NCBI RefSeq assembly: GCF_041146345.1
Contig: NW_027191419.1
Span: 806,001 to 870,000, forward strand
Length of the DNA: 64,000 nt
Origin: Neodothiora populina
Taxonomy: Eukaryota
Reading direction: 5' to 3'
In this document: positions 11,881-24,988 of the stretch, piece by piece
Layout of the letters: the number at the start of each line of letters is the position of its first letter
Numbering within the stretch: position 1 is the first letter of the stretch
Translations under genes and position numbers: made by a program
The notes under the pieces: generated by a model
Told to the model about the DNA's origin: nothing
The model's database searches: none
What the model saw: only the letters and a program-made list of their open reading frames with translations

Positions 11881-13597
11881 TCACGTCCTCCCGCCTCCTC
11901 TGACTCTTCCCACACTCAGACTCCCAAGCCCGACCATATTGACCGGCGCACTCAGATCTCTTCTTCCATATGGTTTCGTGCTCGCCGGACGCTCGGTGGC
12001 AGGCGTCTTAGGTCTGCCGGTTTGTGCTGAAGTCACGCCAGTCGTCTTTCGAGCAGGTGTATGTTGCTGTTGCTGTTGCTGTTGCTGTTGAGGTGCGGCA
12101 CCACCGACAGTCTTTTCGCTTGTGGTAGTATTCGGTGTAGTGGTGTTTCCGTTCATGAAGCTCTTCGCTCTTCCCCTTCTATAGCGAATTGCGGCCAATG
12201 CGGCAGCGCGATCGAGATCTGCAGACGCCAAAACACCAGGGATATTCCATTCTTCCGTGCGTGCTGCTTCTTCTCTGCGCCACTCGCGGGTCGCGGGTCC
12301 GCCTGCGAGTTGTTGGTCGGCGTTGTGTTCCGAGTGCGAGCAATGATGCAGAGATGGCGTGCGTTGCGAGTTTGTGGTCGTAGCTGGTACAGTAGAGGTT
12401 GAGATCGTCGACGGGGTCTGGCGGCTACATGTCGCCAACGCTGATGCCGGACGACGTAGAGGCGTTGCGAATGATGAAGGAGGGGGGCTGAGTTCTCTTT
12501 GTCTGAGTTGTGGAGATCGTCCTCGTTGTCTTTGTCGTCAGAGGGTCCTTCTTCTTCTTCTTCTTCGTCGCCGAACTTGATGGGGACCGTCAAGGTGTGC
12601 TTCTTTGGCTGGCTGATTGGTGCTTCGGACTCGGGTTCTGGGGTGACTTCGTCGTGTATCGCCGAGTTCGCTGCGTCTTCGTGAATGAGAGGGATTGCAG
12701 GGTGTTCTGAGGTGGCCTGATGGGTTGCATCATGGTCGTGTTGCTGTGTCTGCCCTGTCGTTGATGTTCTGTCCTCGATCTCACGAGGCGAATCGCACAT
12801 CACTTCGTCGACTACTCGCGCGGGATATTCGGCTCTCACTTTGAGGTCAGGCTTCGTACGGACACGCTCTTCCCGACCGATTTTCCCATCCTCGCCTATT
12901 CTTTCGCCAACTGCACTGTCTGCTCTCGCCGGCGAAGCCATTCTCTTTCGTTCCTCACGGGCAGTGCGCATCATCATCTGGCGCTCGACTTCCATGAACG
13001 CTATGAGATCATAAGCGTCGACTCTCAACTTCCTCTCCCACTCTATTTCTTCCTCGACGGCCGACTGAGCGCGCCAGTGCTGTTTTTCCCGTTCCATGAA
13101 CTCCTTTGCGGCTTTGCGTGTGGCTTCGTCGTGTTTGCTGCGTTGGGCGCGGAAATGCGCCTTGGCCTTTTCGTACTTTTTCTGTTGTGGTAATCCCTCG
13201 TCAGCTTCTACACTGTGATCCTCATCGTGCAAGACATCTATCTGCTTACCTCGTATTCTTCAACTCTTCCTTTAAAGTTCTTCTTCTCAGCCACCCAGTC
13301 CTCGCCGACCTCGTTCAACTCCCTGACCTCCTTTCTCAGATGCTTGACCTCAGACTCGGCCTCCTCGCGGGCGATCTCGGCTCTGCGCAGCGCAGCCTCC
13401 AGTCTCTTCATCTGACGCGCAGTCTTCTCCTCGTCGACGTCCTTGACCTCCAATGTGTTGAATCGCCCGACCAGGTCGGCGACGCAGCGGTTCATGTCCG
13501 GGGCGCTTCGTGACGGCGACATAGGGAATGCTTGTTGTTGGGATTCACGCAGCGGTGACGACTGCGCCACTACGAAGACGCTTTCTTGTGGTTCCAT
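11881..13597 (-). CDS. Fungal coiled-coil protein of unknown function; one intron and one apparent frameshift
   Basis: Exon 13597-13250, intron 13249-13182 (GTAAGC..CTGAC..CAG), then coiled-coil heptads. A protein-like C-terminus (DRAAALAAIRYRRGRAKSF..RRDLSAP) lies in another frame (11881..12438). Confidence 0.7.
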
Positions 13598-14739
13598 CGT
13601 AGATAGTAATATCGGATATTGGTATTTGGTGTCTCGATTTTCAAGTCGATGATTTATGATGATGATGATAATGCTTGTGATGACAACCACAGGCTAGGTT
13701 GTCAAGGCAGATTCTCTGCAATCACTTCTCGTCACTGCGACGGAAATGTCTTGCAAAGGAAATCTTAAGATATCTTCTCCCCTGTCGAGATGATCATGCG
13801 CCTTTTGCAGATAAATTCCAAAGTGTTAACGTGGGTCGAGTAAGCTCGATTTAGGCGTAAACATTGGAAAACACCAGCCTGACCCTGGCAACCGAAAGTG
13901 GTCTGTGCTTATTGCTGTGTCTTTGCTCTCCCTGATCGAAGCCGTGACCAATGACGACTGCTGTCAACGTCTGTCATCACTGGTGGATCGCTTTACCTAT
14001 TTCACATAACACCAGTCTACATTGTCTTGTGCTGTTAGCAAGTACCGAGTCTTGAAATGCTGCCTACCGCAGTGTCTAACGATACAACGTTCATTCCCAG
14101 ATGACAGTACAAGTACAAGGACTGTATGAGCTTCGCGTAGTCGCTACCCTGCCCCAGTCAGTGCTACAGCACCGTGCACAGCTCGGCCCAACCCTTGGAT
14201 CTGCCCTTATACACAACAAGGTCTGCAATTTTACCGCCTTAGGACCCGACTGCCCACCTACTCGTACAATTAACCATTTACCATCTCTCCTCGTGAGTTC
14301 CGCTCCATGCGAGTAATCGAACAGCTGGCTCGCGAAGAGTTGTGAGGATGCCTTTTGTGCAAGACCTTCGGGTCCACGGTGAGTGGTTCGCCCGTGACAT
14401 GATCGTCCAGTCCGTCGACTGCGTGTTCGAGTCGTTCAATGATTCAGTGCATCTCTGCAAGATCGCCAGTGTGTTGTCAGACTTGCCAATATAAGAACGA
14501 TCGCGAAGGTATCCGATCATCACCTTTACAGGCAGCGATTGGAGTAATACACAACTCCGGCCGGTACTGTGACTTGGATCAAGATCAAGTGTCGATCACG
14601 CGGAACTCCGTCCACTCGAGCGAGATGTCAATTCCGACAATTGGCAAGATGCATTCAGACCTTGAGCGCATGTTTCGCTTCACAGCCACGACAAGCAAGC
14701 ATTTGCAGGCGATCGTTTATACAGCTAGTAGCCAGACAC

Positions 14740-16410
14740 TCAGTATAGCGGCTTCCTGCCGTATACGATGTATCTGCAAGATATCAGCATCGTTGACATC
14801 GTTCGATTCTCAGATTACTCACGCTTTGTCCATGACCTTCCAGGTCGGATCATCCATCTCATGTATCAACTTGGCGAGGAACACTTCAATCTCCATCGGT
14901 TGCCACCCTGCTCGGGTCAACGAGGCAAACATGATGCCGTGGAGCCCCTTTTTCAGTTGTTCTGCAACATGGTCAATACCACCAAATTCAGACAAAGAAC
15001 CTCAAACTTACCAATGTGCCAATACCCAATCATCTTCTTCCTTGAATCATCGGACCATGGCCCCCAAGGCACATCACGCACCTCTTCCACTACAGCCTCG
15101 AACCCAGCTTCTTTGAGTAATCGTTGGAACTCTTTGGCAATTCTCATGTCAAAGCCTTGCTTGCCAAGTGCTTCACCTTGCACTTGAAACCATTTGGTGA
15201 TGGTGGGAGGTCGAGGCCTACCTTCAAATTCAGGGCCAGGACTTAAGTTGAGCTCCGCAAGCTCAATGTATCCACCAGGTTTGAGAGTCGTGAATGCTTG
15301 CTGTAGCATAGCTGGCCAGTCTCTGACAGACATGAACATGAAGCGGCAATGGACGAGATCGAAGCTGTTTTGCTTGTAGAGCCATTCTCGCTCGAGGTCG
15401 TCCACCTCGAATGACAAATTCGGGGGGACCCAGCTCGGCTGTACCGGCGATATATCAAATGCATATACTTCAGCGCTTGGATACGCGTCTGCTACTTGCA
15501 TAGCCCATATGCCAGATCCGGTCCCGACGTCGAGGATTCTTTGAGGGTTCTCGCCAGTTGGTGAAAGGTGGAGACCACCACCTAGCACGAGCCGCCACAT
15601 GTGATGCTTCATGTCTTCTCGATTGAGTTCTTGCTGTCAGATCATAAGCCACTTGAACTGGCAGGGTCATCTAGTCGCAACCTACATCGTCATTTGGAAG
15701 CAGATATCTACCTCCGCCCCATCCATGATAACGCCGTCCGTTCTCCCAGTAATAGTCGTGAGCTTCACTCTGTAAGGTGCTGCAATAGCTGGTTGCCGAG
15801 CTGTGGGCGTATCCTGGGTCACTAAAAGTGTCCTACATCTCATCAGCACGAGTCAAGAATCACATGTCCCTCGCCAGGTACATGGAAATCTTGTAAATGG
15901 ATTGACAGAAGCGCATAAAGGCTCTCTATTGTCTACGAGTACGAAATTGCTAACACTGACATCCTCATTATCGCTTACAAAATTCTCTGGCGCGTTCTCT
16001 TCGACTTCGTGAAGGGGCTCGTCTCCCTCTCCAGACGTTGATGAATTGCTGGGCAGACCACGCGTGGAGGTGGCTCCAGGTGTAATTGGTTGACCAAGTG
16101 CAGCGCTACCATTACTCAACGGCGGTTGACTCAAGGGTGAGACATGACTGCCACCAGTGGCTGGTGTACTCATGCTATCGCGAAGGCCAACATCGTCGAT
16201 TCGCTGAGCCGGAGGACCCTTTGCTCTTGTTGTATTTTCATCAATTGTTGCTTCGCTAGGAATATCGTCCGCATCACTAGTTTCCGGCAACAGCGATTCC
16301 GACCCCACAAGCGCTTCCGATTTGGGTAATGCATGGGCTGAGGTGGGGCTCTCGGATATAACCTCGCTAGCATGCCCCTCTTTAGCTGGCGTGAGCACTG
16401 GGGTTGTCAT
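14740..16410 (-). CDS. SAM-dependent methyltransferase, LaeA-like/Methyltransf_23 type, about 5 exons
   Basis: Spliced motifs: ENGRRYH..YLLPND, ELNREDMKHH, ILDVGTGSGIWA, DISPVQPSWVPPNLSFEVDD, LKPGGYIE and terminal YIVYGRKP. Canonical introns. Confidence 0.9.
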
Positions 16411-17152
16411 GTTGTTCTCTGCCGTACAGTAAGCCTGGGATCGCAACGTCGAAGTCTATGTCGTCGCGTGATAGAGCTTGCAGGGATGGATTTCCTATCG
16501 TGGCGGACATTCAAAAGCTCTCGTGATATGCGATAGACGGTATCGCGTGCGGATACGTGAACCGAGGATCAGAGAGCAATGCGGTAGCTGAGCAACAAAC
16601 TTGGCTCGAGGCATGCGGGCCTGGCGCATCCTTTATCCTTGAGATCTGACACCGTTCACAGCCGATTGCTGAGCACTTCAAGTAACGGTTCCTGCCGGTT
16701 TGCCGGACGAACTGCGCTGCCCGTTGTGTTGTGACAACCTGCCCTGCATGTGTAACTTGCACGGCTGAGGGCAGCTTGCTGCACAGCAGACAATGTGCGA
16801 CGCTGTGTGCCGCGATCACTTTGTCAAAGTAGATTGAGCCCCAAATTAATAGATAACGACATCCTCAGGCTAGGGCGCGAGCCTGCAGGAGACCAATGAG
16901 CAATTCTAGCGTTGCCAGCTTGATGTCTCCGCACGTTAGCACATCAGTGGGTACAAGTATTTCACTGACCTTATCATGACTATATTTAAGTGTAGCCATG
17001 TCCAGCATACTTGCCTCTGGACATGACTTGTCAGCCTCGCTCTCTAGCTGATACCGGTCTTCTGGGAGGGTAACGCTAGACGACGCGTACATCCTGCAGA
17101 CCTACGTGAAACAGCTGCATCTTCCGCAACAATTCCATTCTCCACCATCACA

Positions 17153-18816
17153 ATGGAGTCGAATCCTGCAGAGAATGCAGATTTCAAAGTGTTGGTGATA
17201 GGCGCCGGTAAGTGAAGTTGCCGTTCTTAGCAAGCACTGCTTTGTCGGTATCACACGGCAGACTGACGGATACACACATGCATGCAGGTGTGACGGGCCT
17301 CTTGATTGCTCACGGATTGCAGAAGGTACATGAGCCGGGCCATGTTCGCCTCCGGTACCGGGAGTTTTACTCACTTTTCTGTTCTCCATAGGCAGGAATC
17401 CAAGTCTCCGTCTTTGAACGTGAAGCTTCATCGCAGGCATACAGGCCGCGAGAATGGACTATGGGCATCCACTGGGGCTTACCTCTTATGGAATCTCTCC
17501 TACCAGACAAGATGAGAGCGAGTCTGGCACGTGAAACCTACACCGACCCCAACCTAGATTGGGAGAAGAGCCCTTGTAACCACATGCGCATGTTTAATGG
17601 ATTGACTGGCGAGACCATAAAAGACGTGCCCGTGCAGGGTAAGATTGTTAGGGTATCCAGGAGGAAGCTTCGCGCTTTCCTTTCTCAAGGCATCGACGTG
17701 CAGGTCCGTAATCTCTTATGGCTGGGAGACATTCGCTTATATCTTTGCAAGTATGATCGCCAACTCATAGACATCAAATACGAAACAAACGGTGTAATCG
17801 CCGAGTTCGCCAACGGTATCGAAGCTAAAGGAAACCTCATAGTCGGCTGTGACGGACCACAGTCTGCAGTGAGAACCCTTCTACTGGGTCCCGACGAGGC
17901 GACTGCTCAGCCACTTACTGATGTGGTGCATTGCAACACAAACTACATCGTCGGAGATGCAGATAAGGCAAGATTCTTGAGATCTTCCCATCCAGGTTGG
18001 TGTGAAAGGGCCTGACGAATAGACACTTTTTGACTGACTCATTTGATAGCATGGGCTGTGTGCATGCATCCGGAACTGTTTTGCATGACTGCTTGTGGGT
18101 TTCTGACAATTGCTATGATACTACAAACTGGATGCTGACGTCAAAGCTAGTGGTTGGGGCAGCAGACTATGAAAAGCCAGAAACATGGCAAATGCAAGTG
18201 ATAACTGGCTGGCTCGGTGACCGGGAGGCATTCCCCGATGCTGCTGAACGACTCGCGGAAGTCAAGCGCAGAGGAGCAAAGTTATGCGAGGTATGTTGGC
18301 AGACCTTCGAAGATTCACCCATGCCACGAATTGAAGGAGCGGCAATTGACTAGAGACCAGCCATTCCGTTCGGCGACCCAATGGATTCCCGAGGGTCATC
18401 CCGTGACCTTTGATGTCTTGAGATATTGGGTTTCAGTCCCTTGGAATACGAGAGGTGGGCTCGCGACGTTGGCGGGCGATGCAGCTCACCCCATGGGTCC
18501 ACATCGTGGTCAAGGCATGAACCATGCAATTCAGGATGCATACAATCTGGTCAGCTTTCTCACTGCCTCGAGGTCTGATATATCTGAACATCCCGAGTCT
18601 GCCCAGCTTGCCAACGACATACAGAGCTACAGCGACGAAGTGGCTCGTCGAGGTGCGGAGGAGGTCAAGTTGACCACGCAGAGTGCATACATGTCACTTA
18701 GTTGGAAATCCCTCCCAGAGAGTCCGATCATCAAGCATGCGCTGGACCGGAGCCCACAGGTCAATGGAACTCCAGACAGAGCGTTGAACACTGATGAAGG
18801 CTATGTCAGAGCGTAA
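17153..18816 (+). CDS. FAD-dependent monooxygenase (group A aromatic hydroxylase-like), multi-exon
   Basis: VLVIGAG|VTGL Rossmann motif split by an intron, VGCDG..SAVR DG motif and LAGDAAHPMGPHRGQGMNHAIQDA GD motif. About 6 canonical introns. Confidence 0.9.
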
Positions 18817-19550
18817 GTATGAATCTGAAAAATGGGTTCGCCCGGCAGATAGAGATCGCATGAATGCAGTGATAGAGACTATTCAGAAACCGTGGCAGCG
18901 GCATGGAGTCTTGAAATCTGATCGTTCCTCTTCTCTGCTTAGCCAGACTTCCATCTGCTCTCACTACCACTTTCCCACTTCACGAGTGAGATGCTTTCCT
19001 TCGCTGTGAGGTACGCGGTATGACCACCTGAGGCAGGCCGAAGTTCTTCATTGCCGGCAAAAGTTGTCTTCGTCATCAACGCAATGACAAATAGACAGTA
19101 GCCTTTACATACTAGTCTTTGTTTCTCAATTCCTGTCAAAGATAATAACGACAAAGCCAAAATAGTCTTTGAGAGTGGAGACAAAAAGACAGTAAGACAA
19201 TAGCTTTGACATACTGGTCATTGTTTCTCAATGTCTATCAACGACAAGAAGCCAAAGCTGAAGTGACTCGCCTGCACTTTCTTAGAGAAACTCTGTGTAG
19301 GCTTTGTCGACCATTGAAAACGGTCAAAGACTAGATCTATATCAAGACAAAGACTCCCTTTGTATGTCCATGGACAATGAAGAGGCATCGAGTCTGACCT
19401 TCCCACGATATGGCTGAATATAAATATAGAGTCCTTCTCCGATCTAATTCTCTTTCCTTCACACACTGCTATCCACTTTTCTGAAGATATATCAAAATAG
19501 ACATTTCAACAATCCTACTTCACCGTTTCTCCAGACAATCGACCGCAAGT

Positions 19551-20340
19551 GTGTCTTGCAGGGGCTCATCTCGTACCTACACGGACGAAGAGCTGGCTGC
19601 TGCCGACCCGCGCAACAACCGCCCTTATCAAAACCCTGCTGACAGACGCCAGTACCTCTACCAGCGAATGCTGCTTAATGGAGGCATCAATTCCGCCCCT
19701 CTGCAAAGAAGCATTTCGAACGCCGAAAGAGGGTACAACCTTCCCCACCACGTTGTGAACCAACGCCCGACTCCAGGGGAAGCGGCTACATTCAACCGCA
19801 CCATGGCGCGAGAGGATGCCCGGTGGTATCTAGATCCAGCCATGTCTGCGCCCCCGGGCCACAGAGCGTGGGTACGCCGCTGCTTCAACGAGGACCGCAG
19901 AGCGTACGGCGGCGCGTCTGCTCTAGATGCCTACGAAGTTGTCTACCAGCGTCTCAATGCTGGTGGCTGGTTGCCACGTATGCTTCCTGCTCAGCAGGGC
20001 CGAACTGTCCCTATTCGTCGGGCATCGCTCTCCTGCTCAGCAGCGCCGTCCGTCCGTCTTGACTGACCCTCGCCCTCTCGCCCATCAGGTCCCGGGCTAC
20101 TATGCTCCCTTCCCTCGTCCACCCGACCACCCATACCTTCATCGACCTGCCCCTCGGCGTACTGCTTACCCTGGTGTACAGGACTTGCTGCTTCGTCGCG
20201 CCAACTCGGCTCGTGCTGGTCCTGCGCCTCACTCGCAGCCTCTGTTGGCTCGGACAAGGGATGTCGTTCCTCACTACGCTTTCCCAAGGAGACCCGATTC
20301 CCCTGCTGAGCCTTGTCGCCGCAGTGGTGGGTCTCGTTAG
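19551..20340 (+). pseudogene. Orphan Pro/Arg-rich ORF, apparently frameshifted, with a GTG rather than ATG start
   Basis: Two overlapping protein-like ORFs (19551..20066 and 19927..20340) with coding-like composition; no recognisable family. Confidence 0.35.
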
Positions 20341-20849
20341 GAAGGCACTTCCTCCAGGTAAGTCTTTTTCTCTTTTCCTTCTCGTCTTTCCTATCTCGTT
20401 AGCGTTTCTTGAAATTTCACGAATATGGAGAAAACAAAACCAAAAACACTTAGAAAACGAAAAAGAAACACAAAAAAACTACAGGTAGGTCTTTTTGGTT
20501 CTCGGAGTTCTGAGGTTTATGGGAATCTAAAAAGCAGAAAAACAAAAAACACCAGGAACAAACCCAAAAAAACCATGTCAAAAACATAGGTTTGTCATTT
20601 GTTCTATCGAGGATACGAATGAATTCAACATCACTCTTTACCTATCTTTACAGATACCCGACCTTCAACAGATTCGGGGTTGGCGCTGGTAGCCAATCTA
20701 TATACTTAGATCTCAATGCAATATTGATCTCTCACAATGTCTTTAATCTTTCCTTTCCTCATGCGATCTGTGAGATTTGAGTGCTTGAAATGTAGTTAGA
20801 TTACTTTGACTTCGACTTAGCGTAGCTTCTGCAGAAATTTGTCTTCTCT

Positions 20850-21010
20850 TGTTGCACGTCTTCCCTGCTCGCATGTCTTCTCTGCTCGCACGTCTTCTTT
20901 ACCTATACGTCTTCTATATCTGCACGATATTTTGTTCGCACATCTTCTCTGCTCGTACGTTCCTGTTACTTACATGCCTTTTCCACTCGCACATCCTCTT
21001 TCCGCACCGG
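20850..21010. repeat. Degenerate ~19-bp tandem repeat (consensus approx CTCTGCTCGCACGTCTTCT)
   Basis: Variants tgctcgcatgtcttc, tgctcgcacgtcttc, tgttcgcacatcttc, tgctcgtacgttc and cactcgcacatcctc recur in close succession. Confidence 0.6.
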
Positions 21011-21624
21011 TGTGTATTCAATAAATGGACTCGAATTGCCTGCTTGCCGTGTAGTAAGCGGCCACACTAAAGGGCCATGTCCCGAAGACATGGATGGAGC
21101 CGTATATTTAGGAAGATCGAGGAGAAACAAATGCCTGGTAAGACCATTGTGCTTTTTGTGATTTGGTAGCTATAACGTCGACTGGACAAAGGCAAAGGGA
21201 ACATGGACAAAGGGACGTTGACTGAGGCTGCTGGGTTTTCTTTCATGTTCCTTTCTTCTTTCATATCTCTTTCTTTCTTTCTTTCCTTCCAAGTCTTATA
21301 GTCCATTCTCCTTTCATGTCTCTTTGAAGATAGTGAGACTTTGATGTATCGGAACTAGGTACAATGGCGATTTCTTTGACGATGCGGCTTTGATACCACC
21401 GAACAAAGCTCAACAACGAAATCATTGTCTATTTTACAATAATACTTCGAAATTGGACTCTCACCTCGGACAAAGCGTAAACTCGATCATGAAGTGCATA
21501 AATACCCGCCTCTAGTCCCGTAGAGATCACATTCTTCATCTCAACCAACAGCCAACACAACAAGCGACTCTTATCATACTGACCTAGCACCCCACCAGTA
21601 GAAGCTCTCTCTGTCATAAACACC

Positions 21625-22791
21625 ATGCCGAGAAAGTCGACGGAAACGGCAGGCAGCTTCTACTGTACCCTCGGACACTGCAATGGAACATGGCCTTTTG
21701 CGAAACAGTGGCATCTCGCGCGTCACATCACAACCGTGCACCAGGTCAACCCGGGATTCCAGTGTCCCTTCTGTCCGGTTGTCTCGTCGCAGATGGGAAA
21801 CCTCAAAATCCATATACAAAGTCATCACTTTGGTTCCACTTACAAGTGTCCGGTTGATGGGTGTATGAAGGTGGTCTCTTCAAAGTCCAACCTCTATCAT
21901 CACGCTCACAGAATCCATGGTAAGAATATCTCGACTGTGGATATCGAGCCTGTCTATCGATTTGACGTTGCTCCTGTTTACAAATCTGGTTCCACTACTC
22001 CAGTCGCGATCCCACGCGACGCGAAGGACTGGCGCGCGATTCTGGCAAACACAAGCTTAGCTGATCCCAAAAGACAGGAACAAGTTGACGGGGCTGATGA
22101 TCTGCCATTCGACTCTGCTGGCTGGGATGCGATGCTGGCAAGCACGGGCATGGCTAACGTTGAGCAGGAGGTCGTCGATCAATCTGGTGTTGTGCCTTTC
22201 GACCTCACTAGCTGGGAGGCGATTCCGGAATCACGCCCAATTGACTTCGAAGATGTCTTGGGTCTCCCCTTCTATGGTCCAGGGGAGTCAGCGTCGACAT
22301 CGACCTTCGATTTTCCTACCTTCGAAAATGGTGAGTTTTTCGAGGCCGAGCCAGAACTGGACATGTCAACAGTAGACACTCCGGCTCACATGATGCCTGA
22401 GTCACTCCCCGTGGATCCTGAACTGCTCGGACTCACTGATGGTATCACTATCGAACAAGCTGTGCAGCTCAACAACGACCAAGTCGATCCAAATTATGCT
22501 ATGTTCACAGGCAGAAGCGATATGGGCGATGCTGTGCTCTCGACCATGCCTACAGAAGGCAACCCAGCTGCTTTCGACTTCGATTTCGACATTGACGATG
22601 TTTCCTTTGCTCCTGTAAGTTCTGACCAGACTATGATGGACGTGGTCCAAATCGCTGACGCAGACGAAGAACTTGAGGCAGTGGTCGCTTTGCCGACCAG
22701 GCCCACAGTCGAGTCTTGTGACAACTGTGAGCGTTTTCCCATTGCTGACGGCCTGTGTCTTGCTCACTACTATCAGCAGCACCGTCAATAA
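21625..22791 (+). CDS. C2H2 zinc-finger protein (3 N-terminal fingers, acidic C-terminal region), intronless
   Basis: CTLGHC..HITTVH, CPFC..HIQSHH, CPVDGC..HAHRIH; acidic low-complexity tail ending in CxxC..C..H. Confidence 0.8.
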   Translation: MPRKSTETAGSFYCTLGHCNGTWPFAKQWHLARHITTVHQVNPGFQCPFCPVVSSQMGNLKIHIQSHHFGSTYKCPVDGCMKVVSSKSNLYHHAHRIHGKNISTVDIEPVYRFDVAPVYKSGSTTPVAIPRDAKDWRAILANTSLADPKRQEQVDGADDLPFDSAGWDAMLASTGMANVEQEVVDQSGVVPFDLTSWEAIPESRPIDFEDVLGLPFYGPGESASTSTFDFPTFENGEFFEAEPELDMSTVDTPAHMMPESLPVDPELLGLTDGITIEQAVQLNNDQVDPNYAMFTGRSDMGDAVLSTMPTEGNPAAFDFDFDIDDVSFAPVSSDQTMMDVVQIADADEELEAVVALPTRPTVESCDNCERFPIADGLCLAHYYQQHRQ

Positions 22792-23427
22792 GTGTGATGT
22801 ATGACTAGAGGTCTCCTCGATGTAAGGTAAATCCATTTTCTTTGTTCTTGTTTGGGTAACTAGGGACAAAGGCGTCTGGGATGTTTTCCAGGCAGGTCCT
22901 GCATGGTTGTTATAGGGCTGGCCCCTTGCTTAGTCGCTTAAAGTTATGCGGGCGTTCCAAGGTAAGTACAATAAAACAATGAAAAAAAAGGTTGGGTCAT
23001 ATTACTTGTGCAATGTCTGAACTGTGAATTACGTGATCCATATTCGTTTAGACTGCAACGTACGATTTGCCTAGAATCAGCGTAGTTGTCACAGCCTAAG
23101 GCGATCGTTGGCGATATCATCGCATTCGACATACACCGAAAACATCTTACAAATGGTAAGGTACCTTAGATAACAAGGTGGGGAAAAGGGTTATTGGGAA
23201 CACAAGTACAGAGAAGCGCGCCCCACATAGTGACTCCACACTGTGATTCCATCCTGTCACTCCACGCTATGATCATACCTCATATTACAGTATATATAGC
23301 GGCGCTTCGGACACGTCGTACAAGCATAGATAACACTCAGTCTCACCATAGTCTATCCTTCTATCTTTGGGTATAAGTGTCCGATTTCGGTGTTGATCCC
23401 AGCTATCCCGAAGCTTTCTCCGCAGCA

Positions 23428-24459
23428 ATGGCTCTCAATAAAGATGCTGGAATCGTCCGCTTAGCCGTGTCTCAATCTCATACCCGCGACACACTCGAAA
23501 CCACCCTCGCTGATCTCGCTTTCACGACTCAGAAAGCCGCTGCTCAGGGAGTTGATCTGATTCTCTTCCCCGAGGCCTACCTCGGTGGATACCCACGTGG
23601 CTGCGATTTCGGCGCCAAGGTCGGCTCGCGTACAGATATTGGTCGTGAGCAGTTCCTGAACTACTTTCAATCTGCGGTCGATCTGGGAGATACTCCCACG
23701 GGAGCCGGTGATGAATGGATTGAAAGAAGGCTGCCGGTCGCAAAGGGTAAAAACTATCGCGGCGACGGTACGCGAGAGTATCTCGAGGAGCTCGCCAGAG
23801 AGACCGGCGTCTTCATCGTGACCGGACTCGTAGAGAGAAGCGGAGGTAGTCTTTATTGCGCAGTCGTCTATGTATGTCCGAAGCTAGGTTGTCTTGGGAA
23901 AAGACGAAAAGTCATGCCCACTGGATCCGAGAGACTCGTCTGGGCACAAGGCTCGCCGTCTACCCTCAAGGCTGTCACGACGGAGATCAAGGGTGTTCGG
24001 ATCTGTCTGGCTGCTGCCATCTGCTGGGAGAACTACATGCCGCTACTACGATACAGTCTTTATTCTCAGGACGTCAATTTGTACCTCGCGCCTACAGCTG
24101 ATGCAAGAGATACGTGGGAAAGTCTTATGAAGACAGTCGCACAGGAAGGGAGATGCTTCGTTCTCAGTGCCAACATGTGCGTGCGGCGCATGAACTTGCC
24201 CGGTTGGATTGGTCTTCAAGGCAACAGCTCCGAGGACGATAGCTATGCTTGCACTGGTGGATCGTGTATCATTGGTCCTTTGGGGCAGACTCTAGCCGGG
24301 CCTATGTGGGAGGTCGAGGAAGGTGGCTTACTTGTCGTCAATGCTGATTTCAGAGATTGCTTACGTGGTAAGATGGATCTGGATGCTGCTGGATCTTATT
24401 CACGCAACGATGCGTTCCGACTTACTGTCGAAGGTCTCGATCTGAACCCACCTGCATAA
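23428..24459 (+). CDS. Nitrilase / carbon-nitrogen hydrolase
   Basis: Glu-Lys-Cys triad contexts [21 protein letters not shown] and [12 protein letters not shown]; intronless. Confidence 0.92.
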   Translation: MALNKDAGIVRLAVSQSHTRDTLETTLADLAFTTQKAAAQGVDLILFPEAYLGGYPRGCDFGAKVGSRTDIGREQFLNYFQSAVDLGDTPTGAGDEWIERRLPVAKGKNYRGDGTREYLEELARETGVFIVTGLVERSGGSLYCAVVYVCPKLGCLGKRRKVMPTGSERLVWAQGSPSTLKAVTTEIKGVRICLAAAICWENYMPLLRYSLYSQDVNLYLAPTADARDTWESLMKTVAQEGRCFVLSANMCVRRMNLPGWIGLQGNSSEDDSYACTGGSCIIGPLGQTLAGPMWEVEEGGLLVVNADFRDCLRGKMDLDAAGSYSRNDAFRLTVEGLDLNPPA

Positions 24460-24988
24460 TGTACAGTATCATGACTGCCGGATCGGTCGGTTGGCAAAAG
24501 ACAATGTAACTAGTAAGGAAATAAAGTGTAGCATTGGACAGCATCTGCCGCCCATTGTTTAAGACAATTTACCAGGGTCCCAAAAGCTCAAGGTTCCAGC
24601 CTCAACCCGTGAAACACCTATATGATCGACCCCCGCTCAGCTACGCAGTGTCTAAGAATGCGCCATAAACTCCAAACCCAGCGCCTTAAACTGATTTCCA
24701 CCACACCTCACTCGAGGAGGTACTTTCGCTTCGCCTTACTGCTAGACCATTTGAGCAGACCGGCGAAAGAAATGCGATTTTGTCGGGTGCTGGCGTTGTC
24801 GACGCCTGTAGTAATCATTGTAAGCCTGTCTTCGTAGACCTTATTCACTAACAAAATACCATTGCTCTTGCGGTTGTCAGTGGCCTTTCCGGTTTTCCCG
24901 TTTCTTAGGCTCATGCAATTCATGGACGAGACGGGCAGTAATACTACCATCTCGTGGAATGTACATTCGCTCGTCTTTCACCACCAAA

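Noticed and set aside
20850..21010. CRISPR-like repeat array
   Set aside because: Repeats are degenerate and mostly adjacent, without unique regular spacers; eukaryotic context and no cas genes.
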